Assembly: GCA_040954595.2 (NCBI GenBank)
Contig: CM082591.2
Location: 7,864,047 to 7,928,046 of the forward strand
Source: Balanoglossus misakiensis
Lineage: Eukaryota; Animalia; Hemichordata
Direction of reading: 5' to 3'
Length of the DNA stretch: 64,000 nucleotides
Below are positions 1-12,169 of this stretch, one piece after another. A program made the position numbers and the translations under genes. Within the stretch, counting starts at the first letter, position 1; every line of letters begins with the position of its first letter. The notes under the pieces were generated by a model. That model had not been told where the DNA came from, searched no databases, and was given only the letters and a program-made list of their open reading frames with translations.

Positions 1-527
1 TAATTGTTGAAGTGGGCTCCATGTGGATATAAACCCCTGTTTTGTTGCCTTTAGCCTGCTTTAAACGAAAAAAATATATATATATAAATTTTATTTTCTT
101 TCAACAGTATATTTTGGTTAAGTGCTGAAGTATAATTTTCTTTGTAAATTTCAGTTCATTATTTTCCAAACGACGTGGAAAAAAAAATTGTCAGCACTTG
201 TTGGAAAAAAAAATATTAAGTTATAAGTTAAATATTGTATATTGACTTGAGTTAGTTTATTATTGTATTAGTTATTTAGTTGTTTCATTATTATTGAGAC
301 TGTCCATGAATGGTCGTATTCATCCAAATCATACATTAGTCTCTATAGAACCTTTGGCAGTGTCTGTAAACTATTCTATGCTTAGTCCATTCCCTGTTAA
401 CGTATGTGCTATGCCAGTAGATACTGATATTATTGTTAAGATTTTCCAGTGAAATAGCTTGCATTGCATCGTATTTAACGACACGTCAGAATCCTCCCAA
501 ATTGCCTTTCATTTTCTGGGGAAAAGA

Positions 528-1952
528 ATGGCTGTGTCCAAAATATCAATTCAAGAGCGAAGCATTTATGTGCAACACTTGCCTTTTGAATGTACAAAGA
601 AAAATTTTAGTGAATTTATCGAGTTACAGCTTGGTTTGGCCCAGGTTGATCAAATTTATATTTCTGATAAAGATTCCGCTTTTGTCATATTTGAGAATAT
701 AGAATCAGCCACAGCCGCTCTGCCAGTAATACATAAAAGCACTTTTGAAGAAAGCAAATTACGGGCAAGTCGTGTGACCACAGCCCGAGGGTTGGAACTG
801 TGGCATTTAATTGAGGAAACCGAACAAAGTACTGGCCTAGATTACAATGAAACCAGTGATCCCAAAACATCCAAACCCAAAGCAGATGTACAGGAAATTA
901 TTAACATGTTGAGTTTACTGTCTGAAGCAGATAGGAAAGCGGTTGCACAGGCCATATCACCTGCTCCACTGAAACCAATCGTATCAACCCCTATGCCACA
1001 GCCGATTCCATTTCCAGCATTTCCAGTACCAACTTCAGTTGCAGATTCTTCACCATTTATTATGTCTTCACCTGCCCAAGCAGCTGCTGCACAGCCAGCC
1101 ACAGCCACTACTGCTTTTCACTCGGTGGAATTCCCAAGAATAGTCGTCTTCTCTGGCAAAGGTGATGTCACTTATGAAATGTGGCGATATGAAGTTCGAG
1201 CACTACAGAGGGAGAATGTGTTTCCGGAGACCATAATTATGCAGGCTGTTCGGAAATCCCTACGAGCGTCCGCTGCTGAAGTCCTACTACATATGGGAGA
1301 AGACATCACAGTGTCCCGATTGATGGCGAAGATGGACATGGTCTTTGGGAAAGTATTGCCACCGGAAGCAGTTTTGGAAAAATTCTATACAGCACGACAA
1401 ACGAAGACAGAAAAGGTAGCAGAATGGGCCTGTCGCATCGAAGGACTTTTGGATGAACTCAGATCAGGTCAGTCCATCTCTAGTAATTCAGAAGAAACCA
1501 TGCTTCGAACCAAATTCTTTTCTGGCCTGTCAGATGAGCACATTAAGAATGCAATCAGACACCGATATGATACGGGAGAAGATTATTCAGGATTGTTGCT
1601 AGCCGCAAGAAAGCTTGAAGTAAATAGGGAGACCACTACCAGGGTTCACCAAGCAACTGTTGCTGACAAGACGATGATAACCAAATTGGAGGAACTTACC
1701 AAAGGTCTGAAGAACTTAGCTGAGAAGGTTGCTGAACTAGAGAAGCGAACTTCAACATCATCAACTCCAGAGTCTACTTTTCGCCGACGTGTCAACAATG
1801 AAAATGGCCGGGATCGGCGTGGCAACGATGGAACTCGCCAACCCAAACAAGTTTTCCCAGGCAACTGCTTCAAGTGTGGTGAACATGGACACAAAAAGAC
1901 AGACTGTCCTTTAAATGGGGAGCGACCAGGCATCCGGAGGGACATGCGCTAG
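528..1952 (+). CDS. gag: Gag: N-terminal RRM-like domain, PNMA-like capsid, coiled coil, CCHC zinc knuckle
   Basis: First ATG at 528 (MAVSK). RNP2-like SIYVQHLP and RNP1-like SAFVIF; capsid VFSGKGDVTYEMWRYEV...LEKFYTARQTKTEKVAEWACRIE; knuckle CFKCGEHGHKKTDC. Confidence 0.9.
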   Translation: MAVSKISIQERSIYVQHLPFECTKKNFSEFIELQLGLAQVDQIYISDKDSAFVIFENIESATAALPVIHKSTFEESKLRASRVTTARGLELWHLIEETEQSTGLDYNETSDPKTSKPKADVQEIINMLSLLSEADRKAVAQAISPAPLKPIVSTPMPQPIPFPAFPVPTSVADSSPFIMSSPAQAAAAQPATATTAFHSVEFPRIVVFSGKGDVTYEMWRYEVRALQRENVFPETIIMQAVRKSLRASAAEVLLHMGEDITVSRLMAKMDMVFGKVLPPEAVLEKFYTARQTKTEKVAEWACRIEGLLDELRSGQSISSNSEETMLRTKFFSGLSDEHIKNAIRHRYDTGEDYSGLLLAARKLEVNRETTTRVHQATVADKTMITKLEELTKGLKNLAEKVAELEKRTSTSSTPESTFRRRVNNENGRDRRGNDGTRQPKQVFPGNCFKCGEHGHKKTDCPLNGERPGIRRDMR

Positions 1953-1956
1953 GTCG
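1910..1956 (+). promoter_or_regulatory. -1 programmed ribosomal frameshift signal
   Basis: Slippery heptamer T TTA AAT at 1910-1916 in gag phase; the -1 frame is open into the protease; downstream stem CGACC/GGTCG with inner GCAT/ATGC. Confidence 0.75.
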
Positions 1957-4900
1957 GAACGGTAACAGTCCCTCTAATGTTATTGATTCTTTAATAGGCC
2001 ACGCCAATGAAACTGAGATTGTGTTGGAAGGATCCTCGTGTATTGCGCTGATAGACACCGGGTCCATGGTATCTACTGTTGCTGACACTTTTAACAGAGA
2101 GAAGCTACAGAAACCAATTCATGACCTGAACAACTTGGTGAAGGTAGAAGGGGCTAGTGGTACAGAAGTTCCTTACCTTGGTTATATTGAAGTTGAAGTG
2201 AAATTCCCAGATAGCCATGGACAAGAGATGTCTAAAGATATATTATTGCTTGTTGTTGAAGACACGGAATATAATCAGATGGTTCCAGTTGTGATAGGCA
2301 CAAATGTTCTCCAACATTTTGTGGATGAAGATACACAGTACAGTACAGACCTATCCTCAGTATGGAGACTAGCATACCAAGCGACTATCCACCGGCAGAG
2401 GGCCGAAGGTAGGACATTTACAGTTACCACTACTAAACCCACAACCATTGGACCATACGAACGCACAGTCATCCATGGATTTTGCAGAGTGGACCTAAGA
2501 AATTGTCAATCAGTAGTTGTGGTGGAACCAGAAAATGACAGACTTTTACCTGGTGGTTTACTTGTTACTCCAGCCGTGTTGAAGTTAGAGCCTCGTGGTA
2601 ATTCGTGTCGAATCCCAGTAATGGTGACCAACTATGGAGCACGTGCTGTCACAGTTCCCCCTAAAAGCACCCTATGTAACATGAACTTAGCATCTAATGT
2701 CTCACAGCCTTTAGATCCATATGGAGATGATATTGATACAAACTCAGATGGGACCACCTCACCAAAAGTACCCGATTGGCTGATAAAAGACCTGGGATTA
2801 CAAGAGGCAGATACAGAATTAACAGAAATCCAGAAAGACCAAGCCTTGGCTACCATTGGTAAATGGCAAACCGTGTTCTCTACAGGTGAGAGAGATTTGG
2901 GACACACAACATTGGTAACACATTCGATAAAGTTAACGGATGAAACCCCCTTTAAAGATAAATACCGTCGAATCCCTATGGGTATGTACGAAGAATTGCA
3001 ACAGTACCTGCAAGATATGCTACAGAGTGGTGTGATTAGAGAATCAAACAGCCCGTGGTCCTCAAATGTTGTATGTGTCAGAAAACCTGATGGGAAGCTG
3101 AGGGTGTGTATTGATTATAGACGTCTCAACGCCAAAACCATTAAAGACGCTTACGCATTACCCCGGGTATTGGATACGCTTGATAACCTTAGTAACGCCG
3201 AGTGGTTTTCATCGCTTGATCTACGGTCTGGATATTACCAAGTAGAGATGGCGGAAGACGACAAAGCGAAGACAGCTTTCACGGTGGGAAACTTCGGCTT
3301 ATTTGAATTCAACCGTATGTCGATGGGTCTGACCAACGCACCTGCAACTTTCCAGCGTCTCATGGAGAAGTGTTTTGGAGAATTGGCGTTCAGAGAATGT
3401 TGTGTGTATTTAGATGACATCATAGTATTTTCGAAGACTTTTGAAGACCACCTCAATAGATTGGAGCGGGTATTCCAGCGACTGGCATCACATGGATTAA
3501 AGTTGAAGGCAACGAAATGTGTTTTATTCCAGAAGAAGGTGAAATATCTTGGACACGTGGTATCAGCCGACGGAATTACAACGGACCCAGACAAGGTAGC
3601 AGCTCTGAAGGAATGGCCAATACCCACTACTGTAACAGAACTGAGAAGATTTCTTGGATTTGCAGGGTATTACAGGAGATTTATCCAAAGCTACAGTAAT
3701 ATTGCCAAGCCACTTAACGACTTGCTGTGTGGACGTCAGTCAAGGAATAAGGCGGGAAAATTTGAAAAACTCCAGTGGGGACAACAGGAACAACAAGCTT
3801 TCGACACTCTGAGGAAGAGCCTAATGTCGTCACCAATACTAGCCTTTGCTGACTACTCACTTCCATTTGAAATACATACTGATGCAAGTTCCACAGGTCT
3901 GGGAGCAGTGCTGTATCAACGCCAGAAAGGTATTCTCAGAGTAATTGCCTATGCAAGTAGAGGACTCACCAAGTCTGAAAGTAATTATCCAGCTCATAAA
4001 TTAGAATTTTTGGCACTGAAATGGGCCGTCACCAAGAAGTTCAACGACTACCTGTATTGAAGCAAATTCACTGTGTTTACAGACAACAACCCTTTGACGT
4101 ATGTGTTAACTTCTGCGAAACTGGATGCGGTGGGACACAGATGGTTGTCAGACTTGTCATTGTACGACTTCTCTATTGTTTACCGGAGTGGTAAGAAGAA
4201 TATAGAGGCTGACGCTTTGTCTAGGATTCCATGGAATAGAGAGAATCCAGAGACGGAAACCAATCTGGGAGCCGAGGTAGTCCAGGCGCTTTGTCGAGCA
4301 ACAGAAGGTCCATACGTAACTTCATTCGGAATGGTAGCAGATGAGGACAGACCTGCAGTAGTTCAAGGTGGGGATGATGTGTTCTGGAAGACGGAGCAGT
4401 CCAAAGATTCAACAATACGGTATGTGACTGATCAGCTTGAAAAGGACCACAAACCACTTATGAGAGATCATACAGGAGATATCAGACTACTTATACGAGA
4501 TTGGAAACGCCTTGTTCTGAAGAATGGAGTCCTATACAGGAAATGCTTCATCGATGATATACAATATTTGCAACTTGTCTTACCAGTACACCATAGAAAA
4601 GATGTCCTGGAGGAACTACATGATAAACTTGGACACTTTGGCCAAGATAAAACCCTGGATCTGGTACGACGAAGATTCTACTGGCCTAGGATGTCGATGG
4701 ATGTTCAAAAGAAAGTGGAACATTGTTTACCATGCATTCGCAGGAAAAGTTCAACTTCCTTACCCAGAACTCCCTTGGTTAATATTCACACATCACAACC
4801 GATGGAAATGGTGTGCATCGACTTTCTCCATATACCAACACCAGATCAAGGATATAGCAACATATTAGTGATGACGGACCATTTCACTCGATACGCTATA

Positions 4901-6024
4901 GCAGTACCTACAAAGAACCAGTCTGCCAAAACAACTGCCAAAGCATTGTTTGAACATTTGATTTTGCATTATGGGTTCCCAGGACGATTACACAGTGACC
5001 ACGGGCGAAACTTTGAGTCGTCTACAATTCAGGAACTTTGCCGAATAGCAAATATTAAGAAGTCCAGGACCACTCCATACCACCCCCAGGGAAATGGAAT
5101 GTGCGAACGATTTAATAAGACGTTATTACAGATGCTTGGAACTATGAATAAAGACAACAAGACAAGATGGGCTTCACATGTCAATACGATGGTTCATGCC
5201 TATAATTCTACAAAGAATGAAAGCACCGGATATTCACCTTTCTTTTTGATGTTTGGTCGTGAACCAAGACTGCCTATAGATGTATCTGGACATGCAGACC
5301 AGACCAACCTAGAATATGGTGGAACAGTTTCAGATTATGTGACGAAACTTGCCGAACGGTTGGATTACGCCTATAAAGTAGCAACGGAACGGTCTGTTAA
5401 GTCTGGTGAACGGCAGAAGAAGTCATATGATAGAAAAGTGAAGGTGGCCATAATACAACCTGGTGATACTGTGTTGGTGAAGAATACAGGACCTAAAGAC
5501 AATTACAAATTGGCAGACCAATGGGAAAAGGATCCATATACAGTGATTTCACAGCCCATAGAAGACATTCCAGTATACGTGGTACAAAAACAAGTTAAGG
5601 GTGGAAGGAAGCGGACACTACATAGAAATTTGCTACTCCCAATACCAATAATTCCGGACGAACTGGATGACGATGTTAACACCAAGATGACGCAGCGTGA
5701 TGTTAAGCAGAGTGTACCGGGTGTTATCAACGATGCTACCCAGGATGCAGTGGACGAAGAGGATGACGGCATTGGTAAATTGCAATTCGTGTCAACTATC
5801 AACTTGCCAACAGAACACAATGCTCTTAATCCTACTGCTGCAGAATTCATCCCATCCAGAAGAGAAAGTTCCCTGATGGACAACCCCACAAGTATGGTTA
5901 ATCCGGATGGACCTTCTCAAGTACTTACCTCAGATTTCTCGAATCATATTTTGCAAAGTACGGATGGTTGGTCATCGAGCGATCCAGATGGTATCACTCC
6001 TGCTACAACCAACATCAGTCCTGA

Positions 6025-6102
6025 CTCCAGTAGTAGTACTCAACCTGAACCACGCTATCCTACCTCCAGTAGTAGTACTCAACCTGAACCACGCTATCCT
6101 AC
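6025..6102 (+). repeat. 39-bp direct duplication in the integrase C-terminal tail (SSSSTQPEPRYPT x2)
   Basis: Exact tandem copy visible in DNA and protein. Confidence 0.9.
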
Positions 6103-6267
6103 ACGACAGAGACGACCTCCAGATAGATATAGTCCCGAACAATGGAATCTAAAACAGTTTGCTCATACGACTTTATCGTCTATACCATTTATTAATTGCC
6201 ACTATTAATCAAATATCTTTAACTTACTTTAAATGACGAGGACGCCATTTCTCCTCGCAGGGGTGCG

Positions 6268-6654
6268 TGTAACGGCCTTGTTGATCCATTGAATTTGTAT
6301 ACATGTATATCTGTATGTATGTTATACCTGTATCTTATAGTAATTAGTTATTCAATTATTCATATGACGTAATAGTACTTACCTTCAATTGGTTGATCTT
6401 AATTATATGCAAACCACCTGGAAGTTTCATTTGACCAATGAACACAAGCTAATCTGGCACTATGATGTAATTGCTGATATAAAAGGACATGGTGCATAAA
6501 ATTGGTCAGTTCACCTCTGTAGCCAGACCGGCCACACACGTTGGAACTGACATGTATTTGTTCCATTTCAGTTATTAAATGTAAGGCCTATGTCTTTGTT
6601 ACCCGTAACCTGTTTGGTGTGAATATGTTGGAATGAACGGCGACAACCGTGACA
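6268..6654 (+). repeat. 3' LTR (~387 bp)
   Basis: TG...CA termini with imperfect 8-bp inverted repeat, directly after the PPT; CCAAT boxes, TATAAAA near 6477 and ATTAAA near 6574. Confidence 0.8.
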
Positions 6655-6769
6655 CGTACATATAGTTGTGAAAGAACAATGTGTGAAAACGCGAAAATTA
6701 ATACTCGCGTAACAGTGGCCTCGATATCGCGAAAATTTTGACTCGCGAAAAAAAAGTGTTTTACAGTAT
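6655..6769 (-). mobile_element. Remaining half of a Tc1/mariner-type MITE interrupted by the Gypsy element
   Basis: Ends AAAGTGTTTTACAGTA; its reverse complement matches the start of the MITE at 31024-31236. Confidence 0.7.
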
Positions 6770-9119
6770 GTTACATGTCTGGCGGTTCTAAAGTACATGT
6801 ACAAACATACCTGGAAGAACTTTTACTGGATGCTGAAATATTGCTTGCCCGTCACCTGGAAATGACAATGCTGTGGGTCACATGGCCAGATCATGTGATT
6901 GATATTGAAGAATTTCAATAATGGCAGGCTTTTTTACCTGACAGCAGGGTGTTTCATTAACTTCTGGCTATTTTCAGCATCACTGATGCTCTTGCAAAAA
7001 ATCATGGAAAGATGGGTAACCGTGCCAATAATGATGCTTATATTCTGTAATAGACAAAAATAAATGCTGCATTTCTATGTAGAATAGTAGTTGTAGAATG
7101 TTTTGATGCAATAATTTTTCTGAAATAGAGTCATGCATACTAAATACGAATACAGTACTAGGTGTAATAAGTTTGTCAAATTTAGATTATTGTACCATGT
7201 TTTCTTTCTAAATTTTTCAAAACATTTAAAGATGTGATCGTAGGATAATTTTTTTCTTGCATTTGGCTGCTTTCATGCTAAAGTAGATTTGCGTATTCTC
7301 TGTGTGGTCAGACTACCAGCCATTCTTGGTATTTGATGAACAGTGTCCAAACTCTGAGGTAAAAATTGGTCATCGTCTCATGTCAGAGTTCATTGGTTAC
7401 ATGTCTTTCAAAATATGGTCACATTTCATATTGCATCTTATTCTGACAGGTTGTCATGGATATTGATGAGTGATTTACACAAACTAAATTGCCACTGTCA
7501 CTTGTTTGGCACATGCACATAAGATGATCATCGCCCTATAGAGAACATGTTTTATGACTTTCACAAAGACAATTGTCCCCAATTATAAAGTTCAACAAGA
7601 CTATTGCACATCAGCCATTTCAACTTTATTCATTAAGTCTTCCAGAATGTAGCAATTTTAGCTATATTTTTATAAACAATTTAATATTCAAGAGAAGGAG
7701 ACATCGTAGTAAGAGTTTTGAAGAAAAATTTAGATTACAATTTAAGTTTGATGCTCAATTACATTCAATTGTGCTCGACCTTTGGTATATTCTTGAAGAA
7801 AAATGATTCTTGAAAATAACAAATCATGTGAAAAATATCAGTTGATGTCAAATACAATTCAGGGTTCTCACCAGGTTGACTTGAGTGCTGGCTACTCATT
7901 AATATTCATGCTCATTAATATTCATGTCTGTTGCAAGTCATATCCTTTCATCAACATATCAAAATAAGACAATAGACTATATTGAGTAGACAATACATTT
8001 AGTACCTGCTGGCAGCCTTTGGTTGCTGGCTTTTAACTTAAGTGCTGGTCGGCCTGACCACTGCTAACCAGCGTGTTGAGAACCCTGACAATTAAACGTA
8101 ATAATGTTGAGATTGACATGATATGTGAAATCTATGTTTAATAACTGCTGAATGCTCTGAATACACTGTAACCTTCGCAACCAATTTTCAAAATAATCAT
8201 CGTCTTCCAAATCTGTTCTCAAATTTTTCATGGATCTTTTATAAGTTGAGAGGCTGAAATTATCCTTAGTGGTTGGTGGGATGATGTGCAGTTGATAGAT
8301 TTACTTTTACATAGTGTGCATATGGTCATGATTGTAGATCCATGAAAACGAGTATGCCTAAACTAAACTCGATAAATGTGAGCTTTATAAGGCAACACTC
8401 ACTGAAAAATATTGCTTTAAGAAAAAGTTGATTAGATGGCCAATTTTGCGATTTGCAAATCTGGGCATTTATTGAAATAATACATATCTTTCTGAACCAA
8501 CTGTGTGTTTTACTTGAAGCAAACACAAATCTGTTATCAAACAGAAAAGTGAGCAACACTCATTATTTTGGATAAAGTCATATTTGTTTGGGGATAATTG
8601 TGCACATGCATTCAATTCACAACTGTGTGATAAAATTATGAAATTATGAAAAACATCTTTTTTTCTAACTTTGTGTAAAACTTACAGAGTTTATGCCGGA
8701 TATTTGTATGCATTTGTCTAGAATGTTCACATTCAGAAAGCTAATTTTAAATATAGAATGTACTAATAGTTGCATAACGCTATAATATATGTAATTTATA
8801 GAATTTTAGAAAATATTTCCTTCAGCTACAAAGTATCTTCTCTCAATTTCAGGAGTAATCATCAGAAAAGGTATGGATACAAACAATTATTGCCTTTTTT
8901 AAAATTGCACACTATTGTCAATTCTCAATTTTGGTGATCATTTTTAGATGAAAATAAAGAAATGGCAAAAAAATAATACAAACTCGTCTTTTGGAATCAC
9001 TTTGGAATCACCTACGTAGTGGTGGTGGTGTTTGGGGGCGCAATTTTGGAGTTGGTCACAGACAGCTGCTTTCATATTGGACCGTAGATGTATGGTCGGT
9101 CATCAATAGAATCTCAACC

Positions 9120-9531
9120 TTAGGCCAGGAAGAAAAAATAAATTGTTCATCGGAATCGCCGCTTCTACTTTGGCTGATTTGGAATTTTTTTTTTTTCGAT
9201 CTCGGCAAATTCTACTTCCGCATTACAAAATTCTTAGTACTGCAGCTGGTGGCCAGAATATGTTGTGCAAACACCAACTGTAAATGTAATTGCCTATGTT
9301 ATTGTTGGGAAATATAGTATTGAATTCAGTTACAAGTACATGTATCAGTGTTTTTGTCTGAAATATTTCTGGTAAAAAGGGAAACAATAATCTCGCCTTG
9401 TCTGCATCTGTGCAAATATGCCAGAGAACCGCATTTACCTTCAGCTTATAAAAAATAAAAAATTTGCTCGCCGTTCCTGGAACTACGTCCAAAAAATCTG
9501 ATGAACAAGATTTTTTTTCTCTCTGGCCTTA
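9120..9531. mobile_element. PIF/Harbinger-type MITE
   Basis: TTA-GGCCAGGAG...CTCTGGCC-TTA inverted termini with TTA flanks; partial copy near 15610-15690. Confidence 0.6.
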
Positions 9532-10732
9532 TCTGATATTTCAATTTATTTGCTGTAAATTTATTCATGCTATTCATATGATGTATATCTATGACATCAA
9601 CATGTATATCTATGACATCGACATTGTACATGTATATCAGAATTCGGTTACATAAGCATTTTGAACAAGAATGTTATACAAGATACACTCTATAGATATA
9701 AGAAATGGACGTGTATCACTCTGTCAGCAGCATAGAAAACAAAGTATATTGTTTTTCATTTTGATTTTAAGATAAGTTTTCAGTGATACGTGTTCGTGTT
9801 ATATACTGACAATATAATTGGGAGGAATGGCTATGCCGTCAACACAAGAGAGCACCACCGCAAAGTTTAGATTGCACAGCACACAGTGTACACATCGCCA
9901 TTACGAACTTCACTTGCTTGTCTGAAATTGCTCTGGGTAATGAATCAGTCGACCTTGTTGTCACTACTTTCAGCCATGCTGTTTGTCCGTCGAAGACTGA
10001 GTTTCGAATGATTGAAGTGGCCCCTCACTGACCATCTGGCAAATGAACTGGCTGACAACTATCCAATCGAAATGTGTTATTCACCAGGTGCATTTTGTGA
10101 AGCATTTGATTGGTGGATGTGATTGAGAGGTTTTTTATACTTTAAATATTTAAATATTTTTATTTTGTAGGCGAACACAGCGTGTAGCAGGTGTACGTTT
10201 GTTGCATGATTTATTTCCGAGGCCGTACTTTGTGCCGGAGAAGGCAGAGACTCTTGAGAAATATGTTGCGGAGTGGTTGATTCCTTCCCTAGTTAGAGCT
10301 TCTATCCTGATAATGGAATCTACAAATTTGTTTGTTTGTTTGTTTTTTTGGTGGGCTTTTCAGTCAGTAACTGTTTGGCCATTAGCTTTTACTTTTTTTT
10401 TTCAGTAATGATTGTATTTCTAAAAGTTTTGAAGTTAAGTTTGTAGGTCTTCAGGGATCTAGCTACCTATCCTTGGGTTGGTTAGTTGGTCAAAGTTATG
10501 TATGTTAGGGTATATTTTCTTTTTTGTTTGATAAAAAAATCACCTATTTTGAAAAGATCTCAGTCAACATTGATACAAATTCTTCCGGCACAAACATTAC
10601 CGGTACCTGTATGTTGATGTCAAATATCTCAGCAAAGCTTTTATTGGCTGATAGTGTTAGATCCTTTATGTAGATTTGTGGTATGCGTTCATATTGGGTT
10701 AGCTGACAGAGAGACTCTAAAAGACTCTCATT

Positions 10733-11085
10733 TTAAAGGGACAAAGTCTCTCTCTCGCTGCCCTTTTTCCATTTATTATGTTTGATACAAGACACTGTTT
10801 ATGTTAATGTACATGTGTATATGTAGTGAATGATCGTTCAACCACACACAACTTCCATCCGGTTTGTAGGATATGAGAGTAAGAACCAAATTGAATAAAT
10901 TGTAGAGACCAATTATTCATTTTGACGAGTTTTTCACTCTGTCTACATCTACAAGTGGGATGGAAGTTGTGTGTAGTTGAACGTTGATTCACTATATATC
11001 CACATGCAGAATAACATAAATTGTATCTTGTATCAAACATAATTTATGGAAAAAGGGCAGCGAGAGAGAGACTTTGTCCCTTTAA
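10733..11085. mobile_element. Foldback MITE family A (TTAA flanks, AGGG termini; Kolobok-like)
   Basis: TTAA-AGGGACAAAGTCTCTCTCTCGCTGCCC...GGGCAGCGAGAGAGAGACTTTGTCCCT-TTAA. Confidence 0.85.
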
Positions 11086-11768
11086 GGGGGATTTAGTGGC
11101 TTGATTTTGCTACCAAAAATTGACTCATTGGAATTAAAGGGACATAAGCTGTAACTTTTGGCTTTATTTTCTTCTGTGTATCAAGGGCAATTTCTTGTAG
11201 CAGGTGTACGTTTGTTGCGTGATTTATTTCCGAGGCCGTACTTTGTGCCGGAGAAGGCAGAGACTCTTGAGAAATATGTTGCGGAGTGGTTGATTCCTTC
11301 CCTAGTTAGAGCTTCAATCCTGATAATGGAATCTACAAATTTGTTTGTTTGTTTTTTTTTTGTTTTTTTTTTTTTTTTGGGGGGGGGGGGGGCTTTTCAG
11401 TCAGTAACTGTTGGCCATTAGCTTTTAATTTTTTTTTTCAGTAATGATTGTATTTCTAAAAGTTTTGAAGTTAAGTTTGTAGGTCTTCAGGGATCTAGCT
11501 ACCTATCCTTGGGTTGGTTAGTTGGTCAAAGTTATGTATGTTAGGGTATATTTTCTTTTTTGTTTGATAAAAAAATCACCTATTTTGAAAAGATCTCAGT
11601 CAACATTGATACAAATTCTTCCGGCACAAACATTACCGGTACCTGTATGTTGATGTCAAATATCTCAGCAAAGCTTTTATTGGCTGATAGTGTTAGATCC
11701 TTTATGTAGATTTGTGGTATGCGTTCATATTGGGTTAGCTGACAGAGAGACTCTAAAAGACTCTCATT

Positions 11769-12121
11769 TTAAAGGGACAAAGTCTCTCTCTCGCTGCCCT
11801 TTTTCCATTTATTATGTTTGATACAAGACACTGTTTATGTTAATGTACATGTGTATATGTAGTGAATGATCGTTCAACCACACACAACTTCCATCCGGTT
11901 TGTAGGATATGAGAGTAAGAACCAAATTGAATAAATTGTAGAGACCAATTATTCATTTTGACGAGTTTTTCACTCTGTCTACATCTACAAGTGGGATGGA
12001 AGTTGTGTGTAGTTGAACGTAGATTCACTATATATCCACATGCAGAATAACATAAATTGTATCTTGTATCAAACATAATTTATGGAAAAAGAGCAGCGAG
12101 AGAGAGACTTTGTCCCTTTAA
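11769..12121. mobile_element. Foldback MITE family A copy
   Basis: Same TIRs and TTAA flanks. Confidence 0.85.
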
Positions 12122-12169
12122 GGGGGATTTAGTGGCTTGATTTTGCTACCAAAAATTGACTCATTGGAA

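Larger units (their letters stand above)
1910..6208 (+). pseudogene. pol: Pol polyprotein (protease, RT, RNase H, integrase) reached by -1 frameshift and interrupted by one in-frame TGA at 4058-4060
   Basis: LIDTGS protease; YLDD RT; HTDASSTGLGAVL RNase H; HHCC plus D(CIDF), D(SDHG), E(CERFN) integrase. ORFs 2021-4060 and 4073-6208 are in the same frame. Confidence 0.92.
1..6654 (+). mobile_element. Ty3/Gypsy LTR retrotransposon (PNMA-like gag; PR-RT-RH-INT pol); 5' LTR lies outside the window
   Basis: gag and pol ORFs in Gypsy domain order, purine tract GCAGGGGTGCG followed by a 3' LTR bounded by TGTAACGG...CCGTGACA. Confidence 0.95.

Noticed and set aside
459-527. Gag start at 459 as given in the ORF track
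   Set aside because: That is a TTG start; the first ATG at 528 directly precedes the RRM-like domain
4058-4060. Selenocysteine or programmed readthrough at the pol TGA
   Set aside because: The position corresponds to Gly in RNase H, so a point nonsense change is simpler; no recoding signal recognised
5503-6208. env-like third ORF or chromodomain in the Gypsy element
   Set aside because: The integrase tail is low-complexity with RYPTRQRRPPDRY, and the PPT follows within ~50 nt of the stop
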